From: Macrostomum lignano
Lineage: Eukaryota
NCBI GenBank assembly: GCA_002269645.1
Contig: NIVC01000920.1
Location: 310,001 to 374,000 of the forward strand
Direction of reading: 5' to 3'
Length of the DNA: 64,000 bases
The notes below the pieces were generated by a model. It had not been told where the DNA came from. It saw nothing but the letters and a program-made list of their open reading frames with translations, and made no database searches. The translations under genes were made by a program, and so were the position numbers. Within the stretch, counting starts at the first letter, position 1, and each line of letters opens with the position of its first letter. This document shows, one piece after another, positions 63,230 through 64,000 of the stretch.

Positions 63230-64000
63230 TACTCACGCAATTTGACATCAAAGATCTGACATCCTCCTCATCACATCCCAGATCCCTACTCCCAATCCCT
63301 ACTCCATCAAAGATACCCACTTCTCACATCCCAGATCCCCGCTCCTCACATCCCAGATACATCCCAGATACCCACTCCTCACATCCCAGATCCCTACTCC
63401 AAACATCAAAGATACATCAAAGATACCCGCCCACTCCTCACATCCCAGATCCCTACTCCTAACATCAAAGATACCCGCTCCTCACATCCCAGATCCCTAC
63501 TCCTAACATCAAAGATACCCACTCCTCACATCCCAGATCCCTACTCCTAACATCAAAGATACCCACTTCTCACATCCCAGATCCCCGCTCCTCACATCCC
63601 AGATACCCACTCCTCACATCCCAGATCCCTACTCCAAACATCAAAGATACCCGCTCCTCACATCCCAGATCCCTACTCCTAACATCAAAGATACCCACTT
63701 CTCACATCCCAGATCCCCGCTCCTTGTATCCCAGATACCCACTCCTCACATCCCAGATCCCTACTCCTAACATCAAAGATACCCGCTCCTCACATCCCAG
63801 ATCCCTACTCCTAACATCAAAGATACCCACTCCTCACATCCCAGATCCCTACTCCTAACATCAAAGATACCCGCTCCTCACATCCCAGATCCCTACTCCT
63901 AACATCAAAGATACCCACTCCTCACATCCCAGATCCCCACTCCTTACATCCCAGATCCCCACTCCTCACATCCCAGATCCCCGCTCCTCACATCCCAGAT
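63230..64000. repeat. Minisatellite (CATCCCAGATCCCTACTCCTAACATCAAAGATACCCACTCCTCA), probably intronic in caspase 2
   Basis: Directly visible. Confidence 0.93.

Overview
Eukaryotic (metazoan) genomic window. The intron-minisatellite style, 30-50 nt introns and repeat content suggest a free-living flatworm such as Macrostomum; this is inference. Supported genes: the 5' part of an FMR1/FXR homolog (minus strand, exon 1 separated by a ~9.8 kb CpG-depleted intron), a 4-exon muscarinic acetylcholine receptor (plus), a Di-Ras GTPase (plus), a complete 11-exon SF3B3/SAP130 (plus, ~1235 aa), and two divergent caspase-family genes (minus) tied to a local duplication that also copied the SF3B3 last exon. 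Mobile DNA: an intact, very young Ty3/gypsy element (identical 173-bp LTRs, 5-bp TSD), a degenerate LOA/R1-group LINE, RTE fragments, a tRNA-type SINE, several MITEs and a Tc1-like deletion derivative. Most interesting observations: (1) a MITE carrying the 28S rRNA H69-H71/R2 target segment, mutated exactly at the cleavage site; (2) a caspase with an apparent CIDE-N-like prodomain; (3) a duplicated SF3B3 terminal exon whose 4-nt acceptor loss would be exactly compensated by a +4 tandem donor in exon 10. All alignments and splice models were made by eye.
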